A stretch of DNA of 63,210 nt, the filler included, from Octopus bimaculoides (lineage: Eukaryota): assembly GCF_001194135.2 (NCBI RefSeq). It is 3 parts of 3 records of this genome, joined end to end, with 100 filler letters (N's around TTAATTAATTAA, not from the genome) between each part and the next. Parts side by side here need not be neighbours in the genome. Positions count along the whole stretch, not along the records: positions 29,533 to 47,552 come from NC_068989.1; positions 47,653 to 63,210 come from NC_069002.1; 1 more part is not named here. One strand, 5' to 3'. The notes under the pieces were generated by a model. That model ran no database searches. It was not told the origin of the DNA and worked only from the letters and a program-made list of their open reading frames with translations. The translations under genes were made by a program, and so were the position numbers. This document shows, piece after piece, positions 39,168-53,093 of this stretch; the stretch's first letter is position 1; every line of letters begins with the position of its first letter.

Positions 39168-39168
<1 letters not shown>
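38954..39168 (+). mobile_element. Extremely 5'-truncated second RLE-LINE 3' end in (TAA)n
   Basis: Begins with codons RKILSM* (matching the ..ILRKVL-type C-terminus of this clade), followed by about 195 nt of UTR. (TAA)n lies on both sides. Confidence 0.5.
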
Positions 39169-39202
<34 letters not shown>

Positions 39203-39204
<2 letters not shown>

Positions 39205-39571
39205 GGTATAGAGAAGAGTTATTTACTTGTAAAATGATTGACACAATCCATCACTAAAGTAAACATTTATGACGAAGAGCTGACGTAATCCATCACCAAG
39301 GCAAACATTAATAATGAAAACCGTGATTCGAAAGTAACAAATATTTATTTGTAGTTGAACTATATTTCGGCATCTCGCGCACCTTCCACAGGTTCAAAAT
39401 AAACATGTCAGTCTAATTCATTTTTAAAGTTTATATAGGACTGAAGTAACTCAACAGAAGTTATATAGGTCTAGAGAAGAGTTCTTTACTTGTTAAACGA
39501 TTGACACAATCCTTAACTAAGGTAAACATCAATGACGAAGAGCTGACGTAATCCATCACTAAAGCAAACAT
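39203..39571. repeat. Approximately 106-bp direct repeat pair (39203-39308 and 39466-39571)
   Basis: taggt(a/c)tagagaagagtt(a/c)tttacttgt..attgacacaatcc..atgacgaagagctgacgtaatccatcac..aa(g/a)gcaaaca occurs in both copies. Confidence 0.9.
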
Positions 39572-41264
39572 ATAAAGGTCACCGTTTTAACACCGTTGTC
39601 GAGATCCAGGCCGAATCGCAATAATTTCTCGATTCTCTTACTGGAACGCTTGAACCGCAAGTTGACTAGTTCTTGTGTTATCGCGTAAGAATAACACTCC
39701 TTTGTGACTGATCAATGATGGTTAATTTGTCCCCACTTTTTACGCAATGCTTCCACTTGGCGACAATACTTCGCATTCAGTGCTGTATTTTGGTTTAACT
39801 TGTTATGGTAATCGGCACCGTTCCTATCGTACCAAAAATAGAGTATAACCTATTGAAGGTGTACTCTAGGTCTATTGATAGGTGCTACTGTATCAGTGGG
39901 TAGAAAATAAAATTTTCATTACTCATGATGATCTACTAAGGAACTATTCAATAGCAAGTCTCATCTTAAGTGACGAGCTGCAGGCAACACTTTGATTAAG
40001 GTGGGACACAGCCAGCTGATGAGGGACTGTCTGGCCAAGTTTGGACATGTTTTGTAATTTATGAAGGTGTATTATGATCGAAAGGGTGACTTGAATTGGT
40101 TCGCTAATTGTGGCACAGCTTGATTTTCTACGGTTTTCACGCCTCAACATTGGCGTAATTCAGATTCAGTGGTATTTGAAAGAGGGAAAAAAATCCTCGA
40201 CTGATACCAGCCACGCAATTGGTTGCATGTCCGGACACATAAAGCTTCATTCCATAGACAAAATATATAGTTTTTGCCGTTGCTGAAGCTCTCCTTTTGA
40301 ATTGATACAGGATGCAGTGTCTGATCGAGATCTATTTTAGATTTATTGAATCGATACGAATTTAACTTCTATTTAACTGCAATACCTGAAACATACATTA
40401 CAATGTGAAAAGTAATTCTTAATTTACTGTAAGTATTGAAAGAGTAACCCTAAAAAGATCATGTAAAAAAAATGACAGGACGTACTTTCCAGTCTAATAC
40501 GCAAATAAAATATGTTTAATTTACTCTGTAGGTAGACCAACATATAAGCAAATCCGTACGAGCGTTGTTGTTATATCTTGATAACCTTGCAGTATATAGA
40601 TTGAGTTAGTTTCTAAGCTTTCTTGTTTGAAGAAAAACAGCGGTATGTTTCGATAAAGAGTAATTTTCCCGAAACTGATATATAATAACATTCACAAGTA
40701 TTTCACCTCTTAAAGGAAGAATAATTTCATATTATATTCATCTCCTAACCAAGATTTCAATTATATAAATGAATTTGGAATGCAGTAAAGTCATGTAAAT
40801 CTCAACCGGAATATCAACAAAACGTAGTTTTCGAATACACATATATGCAAGTGTATTCATCCCATTGTAACTTTTGCCCCAAGAAACTAAACTACGTAAA
40901 CAGGAACTGCTCTTTAACAAGTTAGATTTTTCAAAATATAACACGATGGAAAAGATGCTGAACATAAGTGGGTCATACGTCTTAGTTTTTTTGTAAAGAA
41001 ACAACAAGCAGTTATTAGCTGTGGTAGAATTGGTTATAGTGCAGTGGATACTGATACATTCGTTTCTATGCCACTGATAGTGTATTTCTTGATACTCGAA
41101 GTTAAAGGGATATTAAATTGGGAGTTGTAACTGCTCCGTAGTTTCCGTTAGCCTGGAGCTAATATTTCCATACGTCATATGACTATCGTGAATTTTATCA
41201 ATACTTTTATAACGAAGAACATCATACGTATAACAGTTGACTAGCCATTTTAATATAATTTTAG

Positions 41265-41294
41265 TTGTTTTCATGAATCTGGATGACTTCAAAG
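41265..41294 (+). CDS. Candidate 30-nt coding exon (phase 1-1, xVFMNLDDFK)
   Basis: tttaatataattttag|TTGTT..TTCAAAG|gtaaga. Good splice signals and an open frame, but no recognised homology. Confidence 0.3.
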
Positions 41295-42170
41295 GTAAGA
41301 CATGTCGTCGATATCTAAATACTAAATTTTCATAAGGATACTGAATAATGCCACGCATTACAGGCGCTCGATCGTTGAATTTATCCAGTTTACTTAACTT
41401 ATGAGATCTATGTTACTCAGAGATACATCGAAGAATATGTATCCATTCCCGTAATATAATATATGATATACTAATTCCTGTATTCACCGACTGGCTATAT
41501 TCAGGAACTCTTAATATAACTACATTTGAAATCGCATTTCTGATGTAAAAGGAATCTATTCTCGCTTGACTATCACACTTTTTCACACAAAACCTGACTA
41601 TTTAAGTTACTGCGTTGGTAAACCGCTGAACTTTAGTTATATATTAGACATTCTGGCTATCCCACTGTTCATAAACAAATTCATTAGATTACTATTAAAC
41701 CATAATCAATTATTCGTCCATCTTAGCCTAACGCTGGATTCCGTAATTCTCTATGCATTATTCTGATCACGTCAAATCATATAAAAGAAAAATAAGAATT
41801 CCCAAGCTGGATATCAAATCAAGCTTACTGTTGGCTCATCAACAGAAAGTTATGTAGTTGCACGAAAGCTAAAACATTTCAAAACACCTTAAAGATGTCC
41901 AATGGGGATTGCAACGCAGTTTATAAAAGAATATAAAAGAAATGATCTAACTAATGATGTACATTCATTTACGCACTGTGAGTATATGTCGTAAGAATGC
42001 AATAATGTATTTAAGATTTAAAGCATCTAGTAAATCGATTTATCAGACGTCTTCGATGTCTTTGATCATAGGGGTATTCGATCAGGGTTATCTAGCTCAT
42101 GCTAGAAAATAACAATTACGACGACGAAAACCGCAAGAGTCAGAAAAACAACAAATACTATACCGCCGGC

Positions 42171-42206
<36 letters not shown>

Positions 42207-42254
42207 GCGCGCCCCCATATATATTTATGCGAGTGTGTATACGCACAGACACAG

Positions 42255-42299
<45 letters not shown>

Positions 42300-42300
42300 C

Positions 42301-42333
<33 letters not shown>

Positions 42334-42798
42334 AATACATATATATATATCTGTATATACATACAAACATATATATATACATATGCATATATATATATAT
42401 GTATGGATATATNNNNNNNNNNNNNNNNNNNNNNNNNNNNNNNNNNNNNNNNNNNNNNNNNNNNNNNNNNNNNNNNNNNNNNNNNNNNNNNNNNNNNNNN
42501 NNNNNNNNNNNNNNNNNNNNNNNNNNNNNNNNNNNNNNNNNNNNNNNNNNNNNNNNNNNNNNNNNNNNNNNNNNNNNNNNNNNNNNNNNNNATAATATAT
42601 ATATATATATATTTTGGTAGTTTTTGGTAGTTTTTGACTTATTTAGTCCCTCTAAGCGTGAGGCATTACTATATAGTTAATGCCCTTATATAAATTATAT
42701 ATATTTATGGTAAAAAAACGATGGTTTTTTTTTCCTTATGGGTTTTTTTTCACGCTGACTACTTGATAAATTCTTATAAAGATTTTATCCTATATTAT

Positions 42799-42845
<47 letters not shown>

Positions 42846-43377
42846 GTTTGATTTGTGCGTGTGTGTGTGTGTGTGCGTGTGTGTGTATGTATGTATGTGT
42901 GTGTGTATGTGTGTCTGTGTCTGTGTGTCTGTGCCTGTGTCTGTGTCTGTGTATTTATCTATATATATTCGTTTTGATATTTTGCTCAAGAGTCACGCTT
43001 TGAGTTGGCACAATCGTTAGCAATCCGAGCTTATAATCGACTTAATCCCACCTCCGAAATTCCTTGTCTTATACCAAAAGTTGAAAGCAATAATTTGGTT
43101 AGGCATCGCAATACTAATAACCTGGAGTAAAACTCAACATAATTATGCTTATGAATGAAATATCAGTTGAATATAGAGCTGTAATAAAGGAAAAAAATTA
43201 TAAGCGAACTTCATGTTTGAGGCACTCAACTATGCGCCAACGCATGCAACCTCGTGTAGTAAATTCGTGTAGTTATTGGAACTACTAAAGAAATGTGTGC
43301 TAATCTAAAAGCAAACACGCTTAAGGATAAAGTATTCATAGGATTAGGTGAAATAGCACACATGCATAATTATATGC

Positions 43378-43378
<1 letters not shown>

Positions 43379-43440
<62 letters not shown>

Positions 43441-43555
43441 TGTAGTAGTAGTAGTAGTGGGGGTAGTCGTGGTGGTTCTAGTAGTGGTGGTGGTGGTGGT
43501 AATGGTGGTGGTGGTGGTGGTAATAGTTGTAGTACGAGTAGTAGTAGCAGCAGCA
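43379..43555. repeat. (AGT)n/(GGT)n/(AGC)n compound trinucleotide repeat (similar tract at about 55905-55985)
   Basis: Directly readable. Confidence 0.9.
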
Positions 43556-43951
43556 GATGAATACGGCCAATCCCAAAACCTCGGTGTTTACACTATATTT
43601 CTGGCGTAGGTTCTTATGATTTCATCACTAAAAGTAAAACGTACTTTTTGGCCGGTTCCAAAGAAAATCATATCAGGCGTCGAAAGTGATGGCTTGACTA
43701 TGAATCAACAGGCGTGGGGATCAGCATGCGTGGATGTTCATCGCTAACTGATCCAAAGATGATTAAATATAGAAATATTGACAAAGTGTGGATTCGATTC
43801 GAGAGACGAATATATAGTGATTAAACACAGAAAGTCATCTTTCATCATCCTCATTCCGACGATGATGAAAGAAAGTACCAAATTACCAAATACGTAGTCT
43901 TGTCTCTATGTACGATATACCTGTTATTGTGAACATCAGTATACACATACA

Positions 43952-43992
<41 letters not shown>

Positions 43993-44507
43993 NNNNNNNN
44001 NNNNNNNNNNNNNNNNNNNNNNNNNNNNNNNNNNNNNNNNNNNNNNNNNNNNNNNNNNNNNNNNNNNNNNNNNNNNNNNNNNNNNNNNNNNNNNNNNNNN
44101 NNNNNNNNNNNNNNNNNNNNNNNNNNNNNNNNNNNNNNNNNNNNNNNNNNNNNNNNNNNNNNNNNNNNNNNNNNNNNNNNNNNNNNNNNNNNNNNNNNNN
44201 NNNNNNNNNNNNNNNNNNNNNNNNNNNNNNNNNNNNNNNNNNNNNNNNNNNNNNNNNNNNNNNNNNNNNNNNNNNNNNNNNNNNNNNNNNNNNNNNNNNN
44301 NNNNNNNNNNNNNNNNNNNNNNNNNNNNNNNNNNNNNNNNNNNNNNNNNNNNNNNNNNNNNNNNNNNNNNNNNNNNNNNNNNNNNNNNNNNNNNNNNNNN
44401 NNNNNNNNNNNNNNNNNNNNNNNNNNNNNNNNNNNNNNNNNNNNNNNNNNNNNNNNNNNNNNNNNNNNNNNNNNNNNNNNNNNNNNNNNNNNNNNNNNNN
44501 NNNNNNN

Positions 44508-44545
<38 letters not shown>

Positions 44546-45630
44546 CGAATTTAATGCATATATCTTTATATATGTCATCATACAACAATTGGTATATCTT
44601 ATTAGAAACGGAGACCTAATAATAATTACGTATCAGAGTGCAAAATGAAATGTTACTAACATATAATTGCATGTGCTGAGAATAGTCACGAACAATGGGA
44701 ATACAGTGCAAGGAAATGTAACTACATTATTTCCAATGCCAAATTGGATATGTTGTTGACAACACAACTCTATTTTAAGACGCACACTTTCAATATAAAT
44801 AGATATAAAATATATACGTACATGCACACAGACTCATAAGCGTATAAATATACAAGTAATTACAAACATACATTTACATACATATAGATATAGATACATG
44901 CACGCATTTATATATGTGCGTTTGTGTATAAAGACACATATATCTTATGTTGATTCATTGGAGACTTATAATCATGTACAAAACTATATACACATACACA
45001 TATGTCGATGTGTATATGTGCGTGTAGTGTAATATACAGCAGGAAAGCTACACATTCCACACATGCCTGAAAATGTAAAAAAATTGCTATTAACAAATAC
45101 ATTTTCAATATTAATCTATTTTTGTGTAGCAGCAACAATAAGGTTGTATACAGTCCATGTGTACATTCTGTCTCCTCTGAAGTTTTGAATATTAAAACTG
45201 TGTGTTTATTTCTAGTTCCAGGCGAAACTGCTATTTTTCGTACCTATAATGATACACACATATACATAAAAAAGCATACATGCATACATTCATACGTACA
45301 TACATGCATATAAGATAATTGTCTCATCTTGTCAGATTATCGCCATCCCAATTTCAAACTGATTCTTCTTATTTCATTTTATCACTGCATGTGCTCGTAT
45401 ATGAATCTTCACCACGCATCAGTTGACATAGAACTTTATACAATATACTGTACATAATGGCCCACGAAATGAAAAGTATGTAAGGCATGCGTACGTCTTT
45501 AGGTTTTAATGACAACAAAAAATTACAACAATTTCATCGAGCCCTCCTTCACCATAATAAGTCCCAGTGACAAGCATAGCAACATGACTGGTATAGTTTT
45601 TGACAGCAAGTTTTACTTTTCTTCTTGAAG

Positions 45631-45753
45631 ATGTGCCTTCTCCAAGAATTTGTCAAAAACAACGTGAGCATCCTTTACCCCCAGCCCGAGGAAATCTCAC
45701 TAACCTGTTGTGTGAGCTTAAGAGTTACGACCATTCCCGAACAGGACAGAACA
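45631..45753 (+). CDS. Candidate 123-nt coding exon (phase 1-1, xVPSPRICQKQREHPLPPARGNLTNLLCELKSYDHSRTGQN)
   Basis: Long pyrimidine tract ending cttcttgaag|, 40 open codons, donor AACA|gtgagt. No recognised homology. Confidence 0.3.
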
Positions 45754-46899
45754 GTGAGTGATGATAATTAAGGGCATTTTCATTCACCTAGCAGCTCCAG
45801 AAATTCCGATTTGGAGCCTTGCTACTTGAAGCAGTTTAATGTCGTACACAGGAGATACCTAGATGCATACATACACACATACATACATATTCACGTACAC
45901 ACACACATATACATCCTGACTCACCNNNNNNNNNNNNNNNNNNNNNNNNNNNNNNNNNNNNNNNNNNNNNNNNNNNNNNNNNNNNNNNNNNNNNNNNNNN
46001 NNNNNNNNNNNNNNNNNNNNNNNNNNNNNNNNNNNNNNNNNNNNNNNNNNNNNNNNNNNNNNNNNNNNNNNNNNNNNNNNNNNNNNNNNNNNNNNNNNNN
46101 NNNNNNNNNNNNNNNNNNNNNNNNNNNNNNNNNNNNNNNNNNNNNNNNNNNNNNNNNNNNNNNNNNNNNNNNNNNNNNNNNNNNNNNNNNNNNNNNNNNN
46201 NNNNNNNNNNNNNNNNNNNNNNNNNNNNNNNNNNNNNNNNNNNNNNNNNNNNNNNNNNNNNNNNNNNNNNNNNNNNNNNNNNNNNNNNNNNNNNNNNNNN
46301 NNNNNNNNNNNNNNNNNNNNNNNNNNNNNNNNNNNNNNNNNNNNNNNNNNNNNNNNNNNNNNNNNNNNNNNNNNNNNNNNNNNNNNNNNNNNNNNNNNNN
46401 NNNNNNNNNNNNNNNNNNNNNNNNNNNNNNNNNNNNNNNNNNNNNNNNNNNNNNNNNNNNNNNNNNNNNNNNNNNNNNNNNNNNNNNNNNNNNNNNNNNN
46501 NNNNNNNNNNNNNNNNNNNNNNNNNNNNNNNNNNNNNNNNNNNNNNNNNNNNNNNNNNNNNNNNNNNNNNNNNNNNNNNNNNNNNNNNNNNNNNNNNNNN
46601 NNNNNNNNNNNNNNNNNNNNNNNNNNNNNNNNNTATATATATGGGGGTGTATGAATGTATGTATGTATGAAAGAAAACGGAGGTTCTCTGAATTATAGAT
46701 AATTATTTATTTAGCTCTTTTATCTCTTTTGAGAGATATATAATGATGAATCTGTCAAAAGAGATGTAACCGGTGAATAAATGATCATCCAAAATCCTGA
46801 CTACCTTCTTTTTCTTAATATACTAAATCTATACACCACTTCAAATATTCTATCCCCCACACAAACACACACACATGCACACAGACACGCACACGCTCA

Positions 46900-47200
46900 A
46901 ACACAAACACAAACACATTCATTTTAGGATTACCACTACTTTTTTTATCGCCTCTTCTTCCTAGCTCTCCTGTCTGACCAATTCTGTCCGCCATTCGCCA
47001 TGATTGATCGCTAGCCACTAAACCTTTTTTTATATATTTTCTCTCTGTGCTTATTTCTGTGTTCCTCTCTGTTAAAGTGAGCAGGCTCGAAACGTATAAG
47101 ACTTCCTCACTTCCCGAGCGTTAAACTAATATATCTGTTTGCTGTTTACACACCCGTCTTTGTCTTTGTTTTTTCTTTTTTGTAAATTCCAACTATATAT
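46900..47200 (+). mobile_element. Probable Penelope-type 3' terminal region with a partial hammerhead motif
   Basis: Pyrimidine-rich segment, then GAGC-AG-GCTC-GAAACGTA (47079-47096) and a T-rich end. No ORF. Confidence 0.4.
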
Positions 47201-47652
47201 GTATATACATTCACACACACATAAAATAATAAATGATGTTAGACACAATGTAAAACCAAATTCGATGAATTCAATTGTCAGTAATAGTGGCTGAGGGTGC
47301 ATTGTAGCACCTATATTGCTAGCAATAAGAATGGAAGACACTAAAGGATTTTACCATTTATTTCTAGCAAAATGTAGGTGCTACAATGGAACATTTGTAA
47401 CTATTAGGGATAAAGGAAACATTGTTAAGATATTAAGACACTTTCCGATTTTTTTAAACATTAAAACGATGATTGCCTTCATTCACAAATGAAGGAAATC
47501 TGTTCATCGCTATTGGTTCGACATTTACGTATATATATATATATATATATATNNNNNNNNNNNNNNNNNNNNNNNNNNNNNNNNNNNNNNNNNNNNTTAA
47601 TTAATTAANNNNNNNNNNNNNNNNNNNNNNNNNNNNNNNNNNNNNNNNNNNN

Positions 47653-47691
<39 letters not shown>

Positions 47692-48149
47692 TACATATAT
47701 GAGTGTATGTGTGTATTTGAGTGTGTGTGTATTTATGTATGTATATGATTCATGCGATGTGTATGTTTGTGCGGTTTGCAATGAGATTATTAGCAGAATA
47801 ATGGACGTGATTTAGTGTTGGTGTTATCTTAGGTGGTTGTTGCTGATGGTGGTGGTGGTGAAGTTGCAGACGTTGCATGACGGTTCTGGGGGTGGCGGTA
47901 GTGTTAGATTTACTGAGATCAACAAATTTCAACGGATTGCTTGATTTATTCTATTTGAAGATGGATCGTTTACCACGAAATATTTGGGAATCATTAATCA
48001 ACCTGTGTAAGATAATACAATATCTTCATCTTGCTATTCATTTAATTGACATCTTATATATTTTCACTAATCCCCCACCAGCAATTGTCAATGTATTTTT
48101 TCAATTATTTATCTGTCTGTCTGTCCCTCTCTCTCTCTCACTCATTCTC

Positions 48150-48214
<65 letters not shown>

Positions 48215-51200
48215 TGAGGGTGCATTTAACTATTAAGACATAATTTAGCTACACATTAATCCAAACAACGAAAACGTACATGAAAAGTTAGACAGCAATA
48301 TGTATAAGTTAATAGATATATATTTGAATGAGAAACATGAAGAAGACAGAAACATATAATGAGTGAGTGAATGAAAAGAAAGAAAAGAGTCACAAGGGAA
48401 GAGAGTGAGAGAGAGAGCGAGAGAGAGAGAGAAGTGTTAAAGAAAGAGAATGAATAAAACTACAATAGAGTAAGAGAAGACAGATAAACATCGGAATCAG
48501 CTACATATAGAAATAGAAAACTGTCCTCTTAACTTGGCACCAATCTATACCAAAATCTGGCTCAAGTTCATGTAATTCGATCTTCTTTCCGATAACATAC
48601 TTCAGGGCACGAAACCTATATATCGTTGTTGTTTACTATTCCATCAGTCAATCTAGTTATCTACTTAGCTATTGATTATACATACATACATGCAGGTATA
48701 TACATACACACACACACATACATATATATATANNNNNNNNNNNNNNNNNNNNNNNNNNNNNNNNNNNNNNNNNNNNNNNNNNNNNNNNNNNNNNNNNNNN
48801 NNNNNNNNNNNNNNNNNNNNNNNNNNNNNNNNNNNNNNNNNNNNNNNNNNNNNNNNNNNNNNNNNNNNNNNNNNNNNNNNNNNNNNTATATATATATATA
48901 TATATGTATATGTATATGTATATGTATGTCTATGTGAGCGTTTGTGTACTATGTTTGTTTTCATTATCAACTAACGAACAATGTTCATATCATGTATAAT
49001 CATAATTGTCTCAAAATATTGAGAATGGCTAGAGTTAATGATTCTGCAAGACTGTTTCGATTCTACATCAAAGCAGATGCACTCACGTCACTATGGCCGA
49101 TAGGAATGATACACCCTTTAGATATTGTTGTTTATGCCAAGAAGAGATCTGAAAGTTACAGTCAGGGTACACGTGTCTGTGGAGCACTCGGCCATCTCCA
49201 TGTTACTTTCGAGACAATATAGTTTCGTTGATCAAACAAGTGAATACTTATTGTCAAAGTCAAAACTGCTTACCTCCTTTACGTTAATACTGTTGTTGGT
49301 CCCTTGCACAAGGTATGAATGTTTAACACTAGGTTCGTTTAGACGAGCAAATTCCTGGTCTGTATTTTATCGGCAAAATATGAAAAGCACATTGGACTCA
49401 AACAGAATCTGAATACTTGAAACTAAACACCGCATAGTTTAAGCAGGCTGAACAACAGAGTGTTGTTGTTTGGTTCCATGTTGGTTCTGTTCGAGCAAGC
49501 TTATAATCAGATGCATTTCGGCGGTGACCATCTTCACTGTTTAAGTGTATATGTAGTCATTCCCTTTTTAAGACGGTAGGTGGTTATTTGAGGGCAGTTA
49601 TCCGACAATTCACAGTGTTTGTTATCTACAGTTGTAATAAGCTTTCAAGAGAGCTGAACAGCAGAAGGTCTTCAGAGAACAAACCCCACTCAGGCAAGTG
49701 TTTCAGCCTTTAACGTCTTTCATTGTAATGGGGCCACATCCAGGTCATGAGTTCCATGTGCGTTTCTATTGATACTTTTTAGCCACATGGATATCAAAGT
49801 TTTGTGCATTTAAACTGCTTGGAGATTTCATCTAGTTACAACTCCTCTCCGTTGATTCAACTTTCAAGCTTATACTTAAAGAAGAAATAATGTTGGTATC
49901 TACTATTATGCAGATAACTATAAATATTTATCGACTTTGTGGCTTTTTTTTTTACCTTGTATCAGTGTATCGATTGATATATTTTGGCTGTGATAGAGAG
50001 GTTCTGAATATTTGGTGAAAGAAACTGAGTGGTTGTAATGCTCATAGTTACTCTAAAAGCGGGCTATGGTAGATTAATTACTGGACAAGTGCCTCTACCA
50101 TATCCTTAACACAACCAAAACTTTGGCAGTGACGTTTGACAGATCGAAACCGTGTAGCAACACATTGAAATGATCCTCCTGTATCTTGAGTGGTTAAACA
50201 CTATCACCTGGCCCTTCAATGTCCTTAGTGGATCTCACTGCATTGTAAGCATTTAGGCTTGATTTCCTCCGTCTCTTTTACCAAAATCAAAAACTTTGTA
50301 AGGCTCATGACATTGCTTTTTTCCTCTTACGAAGCATTAAACATGAAACTAACAAGAGACTTATAAGTGAATAGGCAAAGTGATATGCAATAATTTACTG
50401 CAATAATTCAGACAGTTACTCGATATTGATTTGCTATCATTGATCTTTTTCTTCTTCATATTGGATCAAGCATAGAGACATGATGTTCAAAATACGAAGG
50501 CTGGGATGGTTGTAAATGATGGTCACACCATTTCAGTATTAGAATGCCACAGTATTAGAAATGAAAAGTAAGAGGTGATAAATGGGAATGGAACCAAAAT
50601 ATTATGGCACTTCAGAAACATGGCTTTTGTCTTTCCTGATTTGCTACATCTGTAAATATTCGGATCAGCAGCTTTGAATACAAACCATAAACTTGTCTGA
50701 TAGGAATTTAGATGATTGAACAAAAACCAATGCAACACTCGCACTTACATGTAATTTCAGGAAACGGAAAGCAGATACCGACGTGATTCAAATTCAAACC
50801 AGACAGGGATTTACCTAACCCTACGCCCCAATCTCATATATTACCAGACATTTTCGTTCAGTAGTCTACATTCTTTCAGTTCGTTACCTTTTCAATATGA
50901 CTACTAATAATTCAATAAGAGTTTCTATATTTTACGCAAAGCTGCCCTCAAAATAATTTCAAGATATCTCCGTGATTGTAACTGTCAGTAAGTATCATTG
51001 GGGGATGTAATTCATATTTCTAAAGAGAGACAGAATTGTCCCGTATTCCTTTGACTATGAAAGCGAAAGGCTAAAATAAGGAAGTGAATGCTTGTTATTA
51101 AGAAAATAAATAGAGGTGAATTTGAGAAAATACGTAATATAAGGTGTCTATGTAATTATAGAGTGAGATAGTAAAAATGTGTTACATCCCATTAGACAAG

Positions 51201-51394
51201 CATATCGATTCCAAAAATAGTAAATCACCCAAATCCGAAATGTTAGAAGGCTTATAGTAAACAATAACTAGGGTATCATTTTAAAAAGTCTTATTGAAGC
51301 AGTGGCAGCCGATTGGAATCAGAACAAATCGCACTTACACGAGATATCGGAAATTTTATGATGCTGAAATACATAAGGAAATGGATATAGTTTA

Positions 51395-52635
51395 ACCCAG
51401 ACAATCTCTGTTGATCAAAGTTTTTTGAATCATTATTACATCTGTGAAACTGTAATTTTTTTAAATATTTATCTTTCGTTAGCAGAACGCTTCTCTGACG
51501 TATTATCACTCACATCAGAAGTAAGTTCTTGCATGTGAACTAACTCAGCCTGGTCAGTTTCAGTAATAAAAACTTTTAGGTGGATTAATCTTATGAGACT
51601 TAATTAAATTAAGCTGATATTTGATATCTAATGATTGGTTTAAATGGTAAAATAGTAAACAAAGAAATCGCGAAGGACGTAAATATAAGCTAAAACATCG
51701 CAGAAAACACTATAAAAGTTGTAAAAATTGCAAAAATTCCCGAAGAATACAGGGAAATATACAAAGAAAGAGTGAATTGGAGAGTGAGAGAGGGAATGAA
51801 GTGATTACAGAGCCATTAGACAGTGAAGAAAAAAGATGAAATAGATAGGTATAAAATGATTATGTAGTTTGCTTCTCATTGAACAGCTACAATTATAATT
51901 TATAGACATGCATTGCTGTTGTCTGTAACATCGTTACCCTACGCCCCAATCTCATATCTGTCATTTGAACACACGAATTACATACTAATGATACACCAGA
52001 TTACCAGTTATCAGTGCAAAGCAGCAAGATTTGACCATTTAGAATAAAGGACATAAAGTGCGAAGTCCGAAAGTTAATGTCCTATCAGAAATACTGACTT
52101 CGTTAGAATACATATTCTGTTTGGGTCCGAGGAGACATCAGAGACTGCATGATGGTCGTGACCACAAGCAGTTATATAAAGAACAAACTAGACAGAAAAA
52201 TAGATATACAGCAGCAGAAAGACAGACATAACAAGAGATATGAGGAGGATGCGTCTTCAAGAATATATTTAAGACACACAAATGCAGTGAGGTTTTAAAT
52301 CTGTTACAAAGTTTATCCTAATTTCTATCAACTAAGCATTCTCAGGCAATTACAAGACAAATCTCTATCTAACGAAGCTTAAAATCTAAAGCAACAACAA
52401 ACAAGGGAGATAAATCTAACAGATCGATCATCAAACTTTTGGTGCATTTTAACACTGTATTTCTGTATTGTACAGATCTTTCGATAATATTACTTGCAGT
52501 TATTTTAAGGTGGGATATTTTTACCCAGACAATCTCTGTTGATCAAAGTTTTTTGAATCATTATTACATCTGTGAAACTGTAATTTTTTAAAAATATTTA
52601 TCTTTCGTTAGCAGAACGCCTCTCTGACGTATTAT
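51395..52635. repeat. Near-identical 112/113-bp direct repeat (51395-51506 and 52523-52635)
   Basis: acccagacaatctctgttgatcaaag..ctttcgttagcagaacgc(t/c)tctctgacgtattat in both copies, with about 2-3 differences. Confidence 0.95.
51483..51520 (+). CDS. Candidate 38-nt coding exon (xERFSDVLSLTSE)
   Basis: tttatctttcgttag|CAGAA..TCAGAA|gtaagt. No recognised homology. Confidence 0.28.
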
Positions 52636-52911
52636 ATTTCAGCCAATTTCACATATAATTTCTTTCAAACAATAAATATATCGAATATATATCAAACAAT
52701 CAGGAGCCATTTTATGTTTCAGTTTATACATCCTGTATTTAGACACACTCTGTATGTACAGACGTACACATTATATTTTGGGTTATCTCGAATGAGGTTT
52801 ACATGCCGTTAATGCTAGCACGCCTATCAAATGATAATTAGATACTAAATAAATCTATCTTCAGCAGCAGTAATACATCTGTGTCAGTGCGTGTGTGCTT
52901 AAGTGTGCGTG

Positions 52912-52955
<44 letters not shown>

Positions 52956-53062
52956 TATGAGTGTGCGCGGGCGTGCATGAATGTATGTATGAATGTATGT
53001 ATGTATATATATATGTATGTTGCATGTATGCTTTATACACCCTTACACACTTACAGACACAT

Positions 53063-53093
<31 letters not shown>

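Noticed and set aside
49030-49075. GAAACAGTC motif on the minus strand resembling a hammerhead
   Set aside because: Stem II cannot be formed and the core has several non-transition mismatches.
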